A stretch of DNA of 64,000 nucleotides from Camelus dromedarius. Taxonomy: Eukaryota. How positions within the stretch are numbered: the first letter of the stretch is position 1; the number at the start of each line of letters is the position of its first letter. The position numbers were made by a program, and so were the translations under genes. The stretch is taken from NCBI RefSeq assembly GCF_036321535.1, contig NC_087436.1:63676001-63740000 (forward strand), in the 5' to 3' direction. The notes below the pieces were generated by a model that was given only the letters and a program-made list of their open reading frames with translations, did no database searches and was not told where the DNA came from. Shown one piece after another: positions 1 through 13,588 of the stretch.

Positions 1-369
1 GGGATTCCCTTAAACACCATAGTTGTATGTGATGGCCTGGGAATGACTTCTATGCCGAGATGAAAGAGAATTTATAGATTTTTCTTAACTTTTGATGAGA
101 GTAAAACACCGTCTACACAGAGCATCATAGAAGATGTTTCTTGCATTCTTAAAGGTTATGCTATCTGTGATTATATCTTGTGTTGAACTATTATTTCCTC
201 AAGTATCAATAAATGAAAGTGAGAAGAGGGGCTAACTTATTGCCTCCCTATTTTTGTTTACATTTTCTTGGTTTACATCCTTAATATAGTTCACATAATG
301 ATAAAATAATTGATGTCTGTGAACAGCATCTATAGATAGTCTACACAGAGAGGCAGGGGAAGCAATTAG

Positions 370-562
370 AAGCATCAGCTTGGGAGGCAGTGAGACTGGT
401 TGTAATTGGTTGTGTCAGATGACACTGGAGAAGTTACTAATCCTCTAAGACTAGATTTTTTTTAATCTGCAAAATAAAAAAAAATTATAGTACTTGCCTA
501 TTAGGACTGCTATGAGCATGAAATGAGTGAGTAATATATAAAACTCTTAGAAGGTAGGCACC
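370..562 (+). mobile_element. MIR SINE (degenerate)
   Basis: MIR core-like 'aagttactaatcctctaag...atctgcaaaat...atagtacttgcctattaggactgctatgagcatgaaatgag...aaaactcttagaa'. Confidence 0.7.
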
Positions 563-575
563 ATACATGTGTTTG

Positions 576-1082
576 CTGGAATATTACTCAGCTATAAAAA
601 AGAAGGAAATCCTGCCATTTGCAACAACATGGATGGAACTTAAGGGTATTATGCTAGGTGAATCAGAGAGAGAGAAAGATACCATATGATCTCATTTAAA
701 TGTGAAACTTATAAACCAAAAAAAACTGAGCTCATGGATACAGAGAACAGTTTGGTGGTTGCCAGAGGGAAATGAAGGGTGCAAATTTTTGCAGGGTGAA
801 AGGGGTTAAAAAGTACAAACTTCTAGCTATAAAATAAGTCATGGAGATGTGATTTAGAACATGGTGAGTATAGTTAATAATTCTGTATTATATACTTGAA
901 AGTTGCTAACAGAGTGAATTCTAAAAGTTTTCATCACAGGAAAAAAATTTGTAACTATGTATGGTGATGGATGTTAACTAGATTTATTGTGGTGATCATT
1001 TCACAATATATACAAATATCAATTATGGTCAACACCTGAAACTATTATGTCAACTATATCTGGACAAATTTTTTTAAAAAAA
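576..1082 (+). mobile_element. L1 3' end (ORF2 tail plus 3' UTR, L1MA9-like)
   Basis: 'ggaatattactcagctataaaaaagaaggaaatcctgccatttgcaacaacatggatgg' through 'tgtggtgatcatttcacaatatatacaaatatc...tatgtcaactatatct' and an A-rich tail. Confidence 0.9.
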
Positions 1083-1599
1083 CTATTCATAGGAAAAAAA
1101 ATTGCTTTTGGAATACAGAATGGTTTGTTCTTAGCATGAGATTATATTAGAATTGTCTGAAAGATTTGATTTAGAGACTAATAATATAGGATAGTATAAA
1201 ACAACATAATTTAATATATAATCTTGAATTACTCTAATTAAGAATGTAGTTATTTAAAGCATTCAGTCAAAACCAATACAAATATAAATTTCATTCAGGT
1301 CTTTAATATTCCCTAGGAAATTTTTAGACATCTCTCCTACTCATTCTCCTTAGTAGATATCCCTAAATGTTCACATGTCTTCTCAGAGCTTCTGTATTAT
1401 TTATTCCTCAGCCTTGGCCTACTTTACTGAACAATCAGTGATAGCAGCTAAGCACTGTTTCAACTTCCTTCCAGGCCAAGAACAAATCTATTAGAATCCA
1501 CACTTTCCTTCTTCAATGAGAGAGTATCTACCTGTTGTGTTTTCTGTGTCCTCATCACTCATCTTTTTGGAGACTCTGCTCTATCATCAACTCTGCACT

Positions 1600-1935
1600 G
1601 GAACAAGTCGCCTTGAAGGTTTCTAAGTATCTCAAGCTCAACATATCTTAAACTGGATTATTAAATCCTAGTAAGCCATCTTTCTTCTCTTTCCTATCTT
1701 AGTGAATGGGACCACCATCTACCCCATTACTCAGTTTTGACCCTGAAGTCATCCTTGAACACTTCTATTCCGTAATTCATTGCATTTATTCTAAAATATT
1801 TTCTTTTGGCTTTAGATCCAAACATTCTTCCCTTTTCTCCCTAAAATGACACTACTTTATCTACTATCATCCATATGCTCATGTTTAAATGACTGCAACA
1901 GGCTTCTACCTGGATGTCCTACATCTAAACTTGAG
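1600..1935 (+). mobile_element. L2 LINE fragment (continues at ~2160-2226 and 3405-3520)
   Basis: 'gtatctcaagctcaacatatcttaaactgg...cctatcttagtgaatgggaccaccatctacccc...gtcatccttga' resembles L2. Confidence 0.7.
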
Positions 1936-1981
1936 GTCTTAAGAAACAAGAACAATAATAATTAAAATCCCACTCTTTAGC

Positions 1982-2157
1982 CAGTAGTGTATTGGTGACA
2001 GCTCTTACTGACTCATGAGAATCAACAGTTAAATACATGGGGATTTTTTTTTTTTAGTGAATTGTCAAACCATTGGTAGCTTTGAATTGGCCACAGAGCA
2101 AGTATTTGCATCACAGAAATTAATAAACACTTAAGTTGATTTACTAGCACACATCTG
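1982..2157 (+). mobile_element. MER63-like hAT-Blackjack DNA transposon
   Basis: Degenerate terminal inverted repeats 'cagtagtgtattgg' / 'ctagcacacatctg'; internal 'ttggtagctttgaattggccac...gtatttgcatcacagaaat'. Confidence 0.7.
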
Positions 2158-2229
2158 GTCTTCACTCTGAAGCACAACTAGTACTTTTAAAGCATAATGC
2201 TGATGATGTCATTCTCATGCTTAAAGTCA

Positions 2230-3370
2230 AGTTAACGGCCTGGTCCTCTTCCTGGTCAACACTGTTGGTTGCCGTGGAGTAAGACTTACCAACCTCCACA
2301 CCATTACTGTTTTTCTACTTCGCAAACCCTTCTGTTCTGGTCAGCAGACTTATCACCCTTGTGACAGCTCAATAGTATCACAAACCTCAAAATTTTACAC
2401 TGATCACCTGCATCTCACTGTTACATATATCCCTCTCATCCAGTGGCCTTTTATCCCATATGCTGGGGATATGGGTCCAGGACATCCTTTGTAATCTGAG
2501 CTCTCCTCCCCTCCCTTCCCATCTCCTCCCTCCTCCCAACAAGGCTCCTCAAATCTAGGGTGAGTTTAAAAATCTAAGATCATTTTTCTAGTTTAGTTCA
2601 GTCACTGGGAACAAAGGAGGCACAGGGTCATCACCTGTCATCAGGGATCAGAGAATAAAAATTCACTTCACACCCTGGGCAAATGTATGTTTTATAATAC
2701 TTTTCATGGAACTATATGTGACTGTCTGGCATGCTAGAAAATACAGGGTCAAAAATCACAAGGTCAAATAGCTCCTGCAGCAGAATGTGACTCCCTCTCA
2801 CATGTTCACTATCACCATTAACCATATAAATGATCAAATGATGGAAAATCACTGAAAGGAATAAAGAAAAGCCTAAGAAACATAACCTAACTGATCAAGA
2901 AAGAAAACTTAAGACCTTTCCAGAGTGGCACCACTCCCAGTCACTGCGCTGAGTAGAGATCCAATGATAGCAGTGAGAATCTTTGCCAATGGCCTAGCAT
3001 TCTGTCATCAGTGACTGTGAGACACACGTGTCAGCAGATGACCTGAGGATCACCTCCTAGCACTTGTCCATTGGTATTAGAATCTTCAGTTCAATGACAG
3101 ATGCTCCCTAACTCTAATCCATTACCGTCGTACACCTGGTGACATCAACAAAGAGAATGGCAATAACAGACTAAGTCCTGCTGGCTTACTAGCTCCTATG
3201 CACAAGTTAAACTAAAACTCTCAGAGTTGATACTCTGAGGTCAAATCACTTTTGACCACGTGTTCATTGATGTTCAGACTGTATAAAAGAATGTGACAGT
3301 TTGTGATGTCCTTGTCTTTTACGGCATCACAGCTGAATAAAGTCATATGTCCTAATAAAGCATTAAAACA
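2230..3370 (-). mobile_element. Ancient ERV LTR, LTR78-like, interrupting an L2
   Basis: ~1.1 kb insert between L2 pieces. Motifs 'cagagaataaaaattcacttcacaccctgggcaaatgtatgtt' and 'tacagggtcaaaaatcacaaggtcaaatag' are recalled as LTR78-like. Strand is tentative. Confidence 0.55.
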
Positions 3371-3404
3371 TGCTCTATACATGTTTGTTTTGGGATAAAA
3401 TAAA

Positions 3405-3520
3405 ACTTAAACCCCATGCAGGCAGAAACTTTGTCTGTTTTGGTCACTACTATACCCCATATGCTGTAATGCTTGCCTTATTTTAGGGGCTCAATGAATA
3501 TTTGTTGATTTAATGAATAG
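3405..3520 (+). mobile_element. L2 3' end
   Basis: 'ccatgcaggcagaaactttgtctgttttggtcactactatacccc...gctcaatgaatatttgttga'. Confidence 0.8.
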
Positions 3521-5589
3521 ATGGCAATATGAATGTGTTGTTAGAGGGATGTAGAGGAGGAAATTGCTAATTACTTTTCAGAAGCACTAGGTACTGCTCT
3601 ATCCCCCAAGACAGAGTGTAAATCACTTCTACCTTCAAGGCACTATCTGTTGGGATAAGGTCCTAAAACTTGGAACGAGATGTTGGTTTTGTCTTCCTCT
3701 CAATGTGCAAAGTAGAACTCAAGGCTCTGTGTTCTGATCAATATTTTAACTAAAGAAAAAAGTGCTAACTGTATCTAAAAGTCCTTTGTTTGAAACGCGA
3801 AGAGATATTCCAGGTGTTCTGTAATATACTTATGACTAAAAGAAATGCATCCTGGCTATTTAAAGTGCCCAGCATCGGGCCACTATGTATCTCTAGGCCA
3901 CCAATCAGGACCCTGGAGCTGGTGATAAAGCTTGGTGTGTACCTCACTGCAGGAAGGCAGAAAGTGGCATCACACTGGCTTAACCCATGATCCGTGATTC
4001 AGGCATGTTTGTTGCCAACACAGACATAACTGGGGAACTCCAGGCTTAAAAGGTCATATTGCCTCTTACTATTTTCCAACAGAGTAATTTAGGTCAAGAG
4101 CAATGTAGAGATAAAACATAAATGGGTAAAATCTCATGGGGACCTCGGGTAACCTACAGAAAGAGCCACCTTATATTGAAGCAAAAAGGTCAAACAATTT
4201 CCTGGTGATAACCCATTCTCTGGACCTGGGACTGTGACCTTGAGTTGGGGATAATGAAGCTTTTAAACACTGGCTCTCATGCTTTTTTGTTTTCTGGTCA
4301 TGGGATTTCATATCCAGGCCATCTGAATTTTATAGATGGAACATCAACTTTAAATGAGTCATGTGCTAAATGTTCCCTGATGTTGGTTATGCATATAATG
4401 AAGACCTTTAATATGTATCTATCATTTATTGTCTGCCATCCTGTTTTTGATGTCACCATGCCTGTGACAACAGTGAAGGTCAAGTACTAGAAGGTGATCT
4501 TCAAGTCATGGGCTGAAACCCACGTCTCAAATGGCTTGTAAGACTGCTCAGCTTTTCCACTTCTCATCTCAGTCATTATAATTGATCATCTAATTTGCTT
4601 GAAATAATCCTGTGAATTATGTCAACATCTGACGATTGCAAAGATTGTAAAGTAGAAAGGTTGGCTGAGAAATGAGAAAAATTTGATTTAAAAGAAAAAT
4701 TAGAAATAATTAGTAAAAGAATGGGCAAAATATGATGATTCATGAAGAGCTATAAATGACCTTTACATGTGCCGAAATCAGTGTTAAAAATTAAATCCTG
4801 TAACTAGAGATATTGATTTTCAAATATTCATTTTAGGCATACTGTCCCGTTGACCAATATGCTTTTGGCCAAATTAGTTTTAGCCTGGTGCTAGAAAACA
4901 GGCAATTACAACATGTTGGGAAATTCACTAAGAGATCTGAGTAAGTGTAAGACACCAGGAAAGCACATAACCCAGTCTGCCTGGGAGGTACCATGGGTCA
5001 AAGGAGAACTCCCACAGTAAGAAACACAGGAGGTAGCAACTGGAGGGACAAACAGGAACAAATAAGGTAAAAGTGGAAAAGAAGAAAAACTAGGATATCA
5101 CATGTACAAGCGTCAAGAATGGCAGGAAGGAAGCATACTTCTTTTGGACTGGAGCAGGGAGGGCAAGAAATTGTCAGTGTACATCACAATACTTCATACG
5201 TATTAGGCACATTATAGATATTTGTGAATAACCTATGTTATTTTGCTTATCTGTATGTTGCATAATGATTATGTATTACTTTTGCACTAAAAAATACAGA
5301 CATTAAAAGGAAACAATACTTCAGTTTTCTGACAAATCCAGTGGTGCCCCAAATTAACAGTTTTTGCAAAACAGGTGAATGAGGATGTTCACTTTTACCC
5401 AACCAGTCAATTCAAGCATATTTTTCAAGTGCAGCCATTTCCAATTGTACCTCTAAATACTGGTCTCCTTACCCAGCAGGCTGTAAGCAGTTGAGGAGGG
5501 TGTTCAGTTCATCACTGTCTCATCAGCCCCTGGCCCAGTACCTATGGTGCTCTGCACACATGTGATAGTCTGGACTGAATATCTGCTCT

Positions 5590-6070
5590 TTCCACTACTT
5601 GTGTACTTAATTTTGAATTCTCTGCCCATCTCCAAATCTATACATTCAGTCCCTCTTGAACATGTGTCACTTACATGTCTCACAGACAATTCAAAGTTTC
5701 AAAGTATGTCCTTTTTCCATGCTCCTTATATTAGTCAATGGCACCACAACTGATGTCATTAACTTCTGATTACCCTAGATTTCCCCCTTCTCAATGACTG
5801 ACTCCCTCTATTAATTACAAAGACCTATAATTTCTCCTTTTTTAAATCCCTTGAAAACAATTCACCTTTGCTATTTCTCTAGCCATTCTCCAAGCTCTCA
5901 TTCCTTATTACCTGGATTATAGTCATATCCTTCTAATTCCACTAAATTTCATCTCATTGTTACTACAGTGATCTTTCGAGAATGCAATTTGATTAGTTTT
6001 ACCCTTTTTAAAATCCTTTAATATCATTTGGGATACTTTTTAGGATAAATTTTAGACTCTAAGGTAGTCG
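5590..6070 (+). mobile_element. L2 fragment (highly diverged)
   Basis: 'ctccaaatctatacattcagtcc...tagtcaatggcaccaca...ttacctggattat'. Confidence 0.55.
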
Positions 6071-6940
6071 TTCTAATAATCTTTAAGATTAAGAATACCC
6101 AGCTTTATAAAGAATTTATAGTCCCCAAAAGAATTTATAAATACTTCCAAAATTTTGCTTTAAAATGTGAGCTACCTACAATATATATATTTATATACAT
6201 ATAAAATATTCTACTATATGTATCATGTGTTAGCCACTAAATACATTGTAGGGTAATTTTTTTCATGATTCTAACATTAGCAGCAGATTCACTCCCTACA
6301 ACTATTCATAAAATCTATACATTTTTTCATATGTTTTGTGCTCACCCTTTTTTTTCTCCCTGTGCTGATTTTGACATTCCTATATATACAGCCCTTTTGG
6401 CCTGGGTAACATGACATCTAAGCATTCTACATATATAAATCATAGATACTGAGGAAAAATTAGTAATAACCTCATATATATGTATATATTTTTCAAAATT
6501 CTTATCTCTTCTTTCACTGATTTCTAAATTGCTTGCCTGCCTTATTAAGGATCTCAGTTGCAGGGGATGGTCAGTATTCTTGTCTTGTTTGTTCTACATT
6601 ATGCCATCTTGTGTCTCTTAACTGTAAGCTCTCTGGGGCTACAACCTGTTATTTATCTAGGATTGGTCCATCATGTAGGTTTCCTGTTTTAAACAGTAAA
6701 TAATAATAACCATCTGGTAGCCGTAATGCCAAACAGTGAGAACAGAGATACAAAGCAAATTACAATTCATAATGTCACAGTCATCTTGAGCAATCATATT
6801 TGCATCCAAGTGGTGGAAAGTTCAATTGCCCTGTGCTCCTCATCTAAAATAGTCAGCACATCTGTTTATTTCTACGTGCCATGTTACATAGATTTTTTTC
6901 CTGCTACATTCTAAAATCCTGTCTTCTGTATAGGTAATTC

Positions 6941-6980
6941 ACAGTTGGCTTAGGTATTTCACAGTTGGCTTAGGTATTTC
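6941..6980. repeat. Perfect 20-bp tandem duplication (acagttggcttaggtatttc x2)
   Basis: Read directly from the sequence. Confidence 0.95.
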
Positions 6981-7374
6981 ATTGCTGCTGGTGTATTTTC
7001 TGCCAATAACTTTGGGTTTGTTTCTATAAGCTCTCATGTATGGGCTTTATGTGATGAGGCTTCTATTTGGACAGACAAGCAGTTAAGTTCAAAAAAATTT
7101 ACTATTGAGCTATTTCACTTTCAATTGACCCAAAGGCTAAGTTTTCATCTAACTTTATTTGTAACATTATTCTATTCTTACGCTTTCTCTCGCACAACAC
7201 AGATTAAAATAGGGGGGAGCTCCATTAGAATGCCTGCAAGAACAAATAAATGCCCTGTATGATAAGCTATATTCATACCCCAGCTGATTACCCATAGAAA
7301 CAAAATATTGTTGATTGTTACAGAGAATTTTATAAGCAATTCTACAGGAGAGTGTTCTACTTTGTGTAACCGTA

Positions 7375-7845
7375 TGTTGTTAGATTGCAAAAAAAAATGG
7401 TCACAAATTCTTCTAAGCATGCATCTTTACAATGTGACTTTTCTATCAAGAGGTAAACGTCATCTCTCCACCTGTTTCATCTGCATTTAGCCATGTGACT
7501 TACTTTAACTAATTGGATATTAGCAAGCAGGATGTAAGAAGAGGCTGGAAAATTACTTTTAAATTGTGGCTTGTTCCTTCTTGCTCTTGGGAGCCTTTTC
7601 ATCACCATATGAAAAAGCCCAGGTTAGCTTAATTAATCACAAGGAACCCCATGAAGCAGAAACAAGCCATACCAGTTCAGGCTCCTTTGACCTGCCCACT
7701 GCCAAAGTGAAAGAATCATCCCCCGTTAAGCCACCATAGGAGATCAACTATGCTAACCCAGACCTGCGGAATCACCTAGAAGCCGACCTAGAGGACTGTG
7801 AACAAATGAAATGGGGGTTGTTTGGGTTGTTTGCTCTTTGTATTA
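7375..7845 (+). mobile_element. MaLR LTR (MLT1H-like)
   Basis: 'agattgcaaaaaaaaatggtcacaaattctt...tagccatgtgacttactttaac...ccatatgaaaaagcccaggttagc'. Confidence 0.75.
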
Positions 7846-10561
7846 TGGACAGGTAGAAAAGACAGTGGTACAACGTACAGCTGCAAATTAACAAGTTGTA
7901 TCTTGTTTATTGCCACCAAGAAGTAATTAACCTTTAACTTCCTTTATTCTTCCCTATGCTATGTATTTTTTAAAATCTCAGTCACCAAAAAAAATTCTAT
8001 CCAAAATCTATCCAAATCTATCAAAGAATCCAAGAAGCCCAACGACACAAAGCAAAAGTTCAGAAACCAGAAAAACTTTGATAAGTGAACATTTTAATTG
8101 TTATTTTTCACTGACCCACTACTAAATCTGATCATAATTTCTGTATATAGTTCTAAGATCTCAGAAAGCAAATGTGGTTTATAGAATCACATCAAGTTTA
8201 AACAATAACCATTATAAAAAGTGAACTGGCTATCTCAGAAAGTTTGTTATAATAGAATATAACAGTACAAAAAAGTTAACATTTATAGAGCTTTGTAATT
8301 TAAAATGATTTTAACTTTTTGTATTCAGATAAAATATTAGAAAATGATGAGTCCATAATTTAACTAACTTAAGAAAAATAGCCAAATTATTGTTCATTTG
8401 ATTATATTTTTTGTGCCAGGTAATATTTCATAGGCCTCTAAGTCTTATATCTTGTCAATAAATAATATCTATTATAAACCATGCTGTGAGTCATAAACAT
8501 AATATCTACTGGTATTTATGATTACAATTTCTTATAGTAACAAGCATCAAAAGGATCTTAAAAAATAAAATCAAGATTTGTCTAAGGTCCTACAGTGAAT
8601 CTCAGAGAAAATAAAAATCACATTTTTGTACAATTCATTTTTGCAACTGAAAGTATTCAATTCTAAGTATTTTAAATGAAAAATAAACTTCAATAGTCTT
8701 TTGTCACAGAAAAATATTTATCTAGTGGTTTTTATTCCCCCCAACCTTCGAGAAATTTATTCATCTCTACCAATGGATTACATTGCTCCAGCAAGTTTTG
8801 TTGCTGTTCTGGGTGGAGAAACCCCAGAAAATAAATACCTGGATAATAGCATATTTACAGCTCTATCCAACAGGGTTTCCTTTGTTTTCTGGTTTTTTCA
8901 TTCTCGTATTTATAGTGGGCTATGGACCAACGTACCTTAGGCCAGATGATAGCGTTAAGAAACAATACAGAGCTAGATAACACTGGCAAAGTAAAAATGT
9001 CAGAATGACCTTACTAGAAAACAGGGGAGACCCTTAAGTATAACTTGGCTCTGTCCCCAGGCTAATGGTTTCAAGAATAAAAAAAAAAAAAAAAAGCAGC
9101 AGCCTGTTCTCACGGTCTGCTTTAACAGGAGAGATTCCTTGCTCTGTAGGAGCAGCAGTGACCACTGAGCTTGGAGAGTGCCTCAGGAGGAAGAAGGCAG
9201 GCCACAGAGCTGGCCCACACTTGAATGTTGATCTCTTACTTTTTGCTTGTTTAGTAGTTAATCAAAATGAAGGAGAATTTCAACTAAGTATAGTCACTTG
9301 AAAGGATCCTCTAACCTGGACCCCCCCATCCTCATTTAGCAAAAAGTATCCTCACATGTTGTCTTATTGTTACTGTGCATGTTCGTCAATCACTTGGGCT
9401 TTGCAATTTCTAGCATCTGTTTCTAAAGCATGATTATAATTTCTGCAAGCATATTAATAGCTTTGGCACTGAAATGCCAACTGTAGCATTATACTTTTTT
9501 TAATCCTCTCCTCTCAAAGTAATGATAATTTTAAACTCCTATGTATACTATTTTCTGTGTCAATGGAAATCAACTGGGACTGTAATATAATGTATTATTT
9601 ATATTGCTCCTAGAATTTAAGTCTCCTTGTGCTGGAGAGTGTTGTAATTTAGAAAATTATCTTTCCCAATATCACATGACAAACAGGTCACCACAATCCT
9701 TCTCTTAAACTAGTTAATGTGAAAAATGAAACAAGGTAGTAAGAGCCGACACCTGACTGGGAGGGGAATGCATAAGCCTTTTGCTCTAACTTTACTGTCT
9801 GCTAGGACTTGAGTATTTTGTATGAACAACTTAAAGACTGTGAAAGTTATATGGAAAATAAGCATATGTAAAAACAATAATTAACAGTAATGATTTTTGT
9901 CTGTTTAACAGCAAGAGTCTAAGATATACTACAAACTGTGTGTGTGACAATTACAGTACAAAACTTAATCAGGGATGTGGGATAAACTACTTATTGCAAG
10001 TAAGCTTTGGATTTAGCTCTTATTTTTTCCTGGCAACCAAGGAAATAAGGGAAACACAGAAAATACAGATTTCTTTGTTGAACAAATGGAAACTTCAAAG
10101 TGCATTTTGTAGCAAGCAAATTCTTTGGGCTAAAGTCTGGGCAGCCCCCACACGTTGCTTCCCAGTATAAGGTTATCATAATGAACAGTTTTCAGATTTG
10201 ATATTGTTAAAGATACAGAATCATTCTTCAAAAGGCCATGTCTTATAATAAGCTTTGGAAGACAAAGTCCAGGAAGTGAAACTAAATGATAATATTAAAA
10301 AAGGCCTTTGTATAAGCAACTAAAATATCATTCAGGTATTTTAATTATCATGCTCTAAATTAATATAAAGGATGTGTTTAGAAAGCCTGCTCTCTAAAAG
10401 AGGATGACATAGTTGCCCTGCTCTTTAGATACTTTTTTAGACGCCAGATGTTTGTACAGAGATTTTGGCAAGTGCTGGATTACATATGATTCAAAGTTCA
10501 ATTTCCTATTTCTGTAGAATTTTATCTTGTGAAATGGTTACAAGAGAAGTATCTTATATTT

Positions 10562-10702
10562 TTATAGCTCTTGCAATTTTACAAAACTCCTTTTATATCA
10601 TCTCATCAAAAAAAAATAAACCTTGCATTATAGACATTTTTATTTTCCACTTTACAGATAAGAAAACTGAGGGCTTTAGAGAAAAGCAGATTGCCCAAGA
10701 TC
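10562..10702 (-). mobile_element. MIR SINE
   Basis: 'ccactttacagataagaaaactgaggg...ttgcccaagatca'. Confidence 0.75.
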
Positions 10703-11084
10703 AGTTTACTTATTCAATTAACATTAAATATTCACTACTTTTTTTTTCCCCCTCACCACTTTAGGCACTGTGTTTGCAGTGGAAATACACTAAGTGATGA
10801 CAAGATAGATGTGGTCTCTAAGCCAGATCCATCACAAAACTCTTCTACCTCAACCAGGTTATCTGACTTTCACGTGCAAGACCCAGCGCAACCTTCAACT
10901 CTAAGCCAAGCCAAACTTCAACAGTGAGATCTGAGATACAGCACCAAGGAACATTGACTGAAAATTTGTCTCTAATTTTCATCCAAGATCTAGTAAACGT
11001 TTGTCTTTTTTATTGGTAAAAAACAGTCCTATTTTTCACCTAATTTCTTCACATCATTGTGAATGTGAACAGCAAAATCTCTGG

Positions 11085-11292
11085 AGGTACATTCTTATAT
11101 TTATGTCTGAGGTCAGCCACTTACCCACTTTTCAAAGTATGAGAGTATTACTTTATATGCTCCAGATTTAATGTGCTCATCTGCAAGAAGTGGATATTAG
11201 CAATATCTGTATCACATGATTTGCATGAGCATCAGATCTAACACAATATTTAAAACACTTAAAACAATAGGCACACAATAAATGCTCATTGA
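11085..11292 (+). mobile_element. MIR SINE
   Basis: 'gctcatctgcaagaagtggatattagcaatatct...aaaacacttaaaaca...ggcacacaataaatgctca'. Confidence 0.65.
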
Positions 11293-12013
11293 AGTGAAGG
11301 GCTAATCACTAGTCCCTGCCAGTATCACAGCAGCACATGTGAATCTCAGCTCACATTAGAACTGAATTTTCTCCAACTCCAGCTTAATTACCTACTCCAA
11401 ACCTATTCTGCTCAGGCTGCCAAGCACTTGCCCTCAGTGCTCAGCCCTACATCAGAGTTATGCTGGGACCCGGAGACCTCTCTGGTGGCAAGTTCTTGAT
11501 TAGGGAGGAGGCTGGGGAAATAAGGTGCTCATCAGCCAACTCTGTGAACTGCCCTTATCTTCTGTGCTGCTTGTGGCTGGGGAATCATGGATTCTCTCTG
11601 CTGAGATGTCACCTGCCACCAACCCTCTCTTGGGCGTTGCTACCTCTCCATTCTAGGACCCAAAACAAATATTTCCAAGTACTCTCCCTTCTGTTTTCCC
11701 ACTGACCAGACTAATTTCCTTTTAGACAAGAAAACTAACATTTTCCCCTTATCACTCGAGTTTTAAATGCTCTTCTTAGTTTGGAATTTAATTTTTTAGA
11801 GGAAACAAAAGACACAAACACTTCTATCTTTCCCTCTTTCCCCATCCATCTTCTAAATAAGTGAAAAAGGGAAAACGTAAACTATAATGCCTCAAAATAT
11901 TTTTTGATCTAATAATTCTGGTCCTTCAAAGTCAGATCAGTGGCTGAGTGTACCACTCTCTGTGGATAGATTTCCCTGAGGCCTATTAACACTCCACTTC
12001 TCTTTAAAAGCAG

Positions 12014-12714
12014 TGTCGACTCCCAGTTATCCTGCTACGTCACTCTGCCTCTGAGAGAACACTGCACCCCTCTTACCTCAGAGAAGTCCGGCTCCAAGCA
12101 AAGATCCTAGGTGGGCGTTTTCAGGTCAGATGATAGGTAATTTCAAAGGCTGAGCTGGCCGAACTCAAAGGGGAAGCTGCCCTCCCCACACACAACTGGT
12201 GCATAGGGAGTTCACAGCAGCCTCCATGGATAGCCATGTTCTCCCGCATCACTGCCTTCCTGGACCGCGCAGCCTCTTTATAGGGCACCTTCAGCTGATG
12301 CCTGCCCCAGGTGCCTCAGTTTATGGGGGGAGGAAAGCTTGAAGACATTTTTCCCACTCTGACTCAGCACTTAGTATTTTTCCAATGTTCGTCCTCCTCT
12401 GTCTCCCTCTCCCTCCCCCCCCTTCTCTTTCTCTCTCTCCTCACTCTCCCTCTCCCTCTCCCTCTGCTAAGCATATAGGTCCATCCCATGCAGGAGCCTT
12501 TTGTTCAGAGCTCCTCAGGGGTTAAGACCTCCCACATGGGCGCTGATCCCCACGTGGTGATCTTCCATAGGGGAAAATGAGGCAGTGGGAGTGCCAGCAC
12601 TCTCTCCTGTTTGGCCTCTTGCTTAGACCATCAGAGTAAGTGATTAAAGGTGTGACTGCTGCCCTCCTTTGGCCTTAATCAGCTACTCTCTCCAGCTCAG
12701 CCCAGGTCTTGACA
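12014..12714 (+). mobile_element. Solo ERVL LTR (MER54/MER73/MER74-like group)
   Basis: TG...CA termini ('tgtcga' ... 'tcttgaca'), 'gccttttgttcagagctcc', 'gcgctgatcc', ATTAAA near the 3' end; GC-richer than the flanks. Confidence 0.6.
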
Positions 12715-13134
12715 ACCTCCTGTGCTTAGAACCATCTGGACTTTGTCTTTTGCTCTGCTCCCCAGAACTATATTTTTTCTAGTTTATTCCAGTTCTTTAC
12801 ACTTGCTCCGGCTTCTGTGGCCTCTGTGCCACTCCCTTGTATACATCTCAGTTCAGGTCCCAGGATTGCCTGCCCTGCTCCTCTGCAGACAACAGGGCCT
12901 CAGCTGTGCTGCCAGGAATTATCTTGCATCGTAGAATAAGGACTCTTTCCCAACACCTCCGATTCTCATCTATAAAAGATACATATGCTTAAGATTTAAC
13001 ATTCCCTTTGCCTTTTGAAAGCAGAGGAACCAAATTATATGAGCCTATTGTTTGTAAGAGTTTTAATTCTTTTTTTTTCCTCCAAGGAATGTCTCATGTA
13101 CTTTGTTGTGTTGAAATCTGTATTTGTTTTGATA

Positions 13135-13312
13135 TCAGAAATGTGAGTTCTGCTCTCAGCTCCTCCACTTCCTAGCTCTAACTTCCCTGAATTTGCTTTT
13201 TTTTAATGTAAAAGTAGTTATTAAAACCCTCCACAGGATTGTCAGTAAGTAAAATCAGATAACATATATAATATACAAAGGCACTTACCTCATAGTATAT
13301 ACTCAACAAAGG
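13135..13312 (+). mobile_element. MIR SINE (degenerate)
   Basis: 'gagttctgctctcagctcctccacttcctagct...aatgtaaaag...cacaggattgt'. Confidence 0.55.
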
Positions 13313-13511
13313 TTAATAATATTTTGTTTCCTTAAATTGAGAGTAAACAAATATACATAAAAGAGATGATTAGAATTTTTATATGAAGAGAAGAAAAGAG
13401 TTATATTAATTTATTCTTAGCTTATTGATAAAGTAATCTGTTTATCTATTGATTTTTAATGTATCCTAAATTGTCCAGCAGGGCGAATTATAAATATACT
13501 CTCAAATGGCA

Positions 13512-13588
13512 TTTTTTTAATTGAAATATAATTGACATATATTATGTTAGTTCCAAGTGTACAACATAGTGATCTAATATTTGCATAT
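13512..13588 (-). mobile_element. Short L1 3' terminal fragment
   Basis: 'ttttttaattgaaatataattgacatatattatgttagttccaagtgtacaacatagtgat'. Confidence 0.75.
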
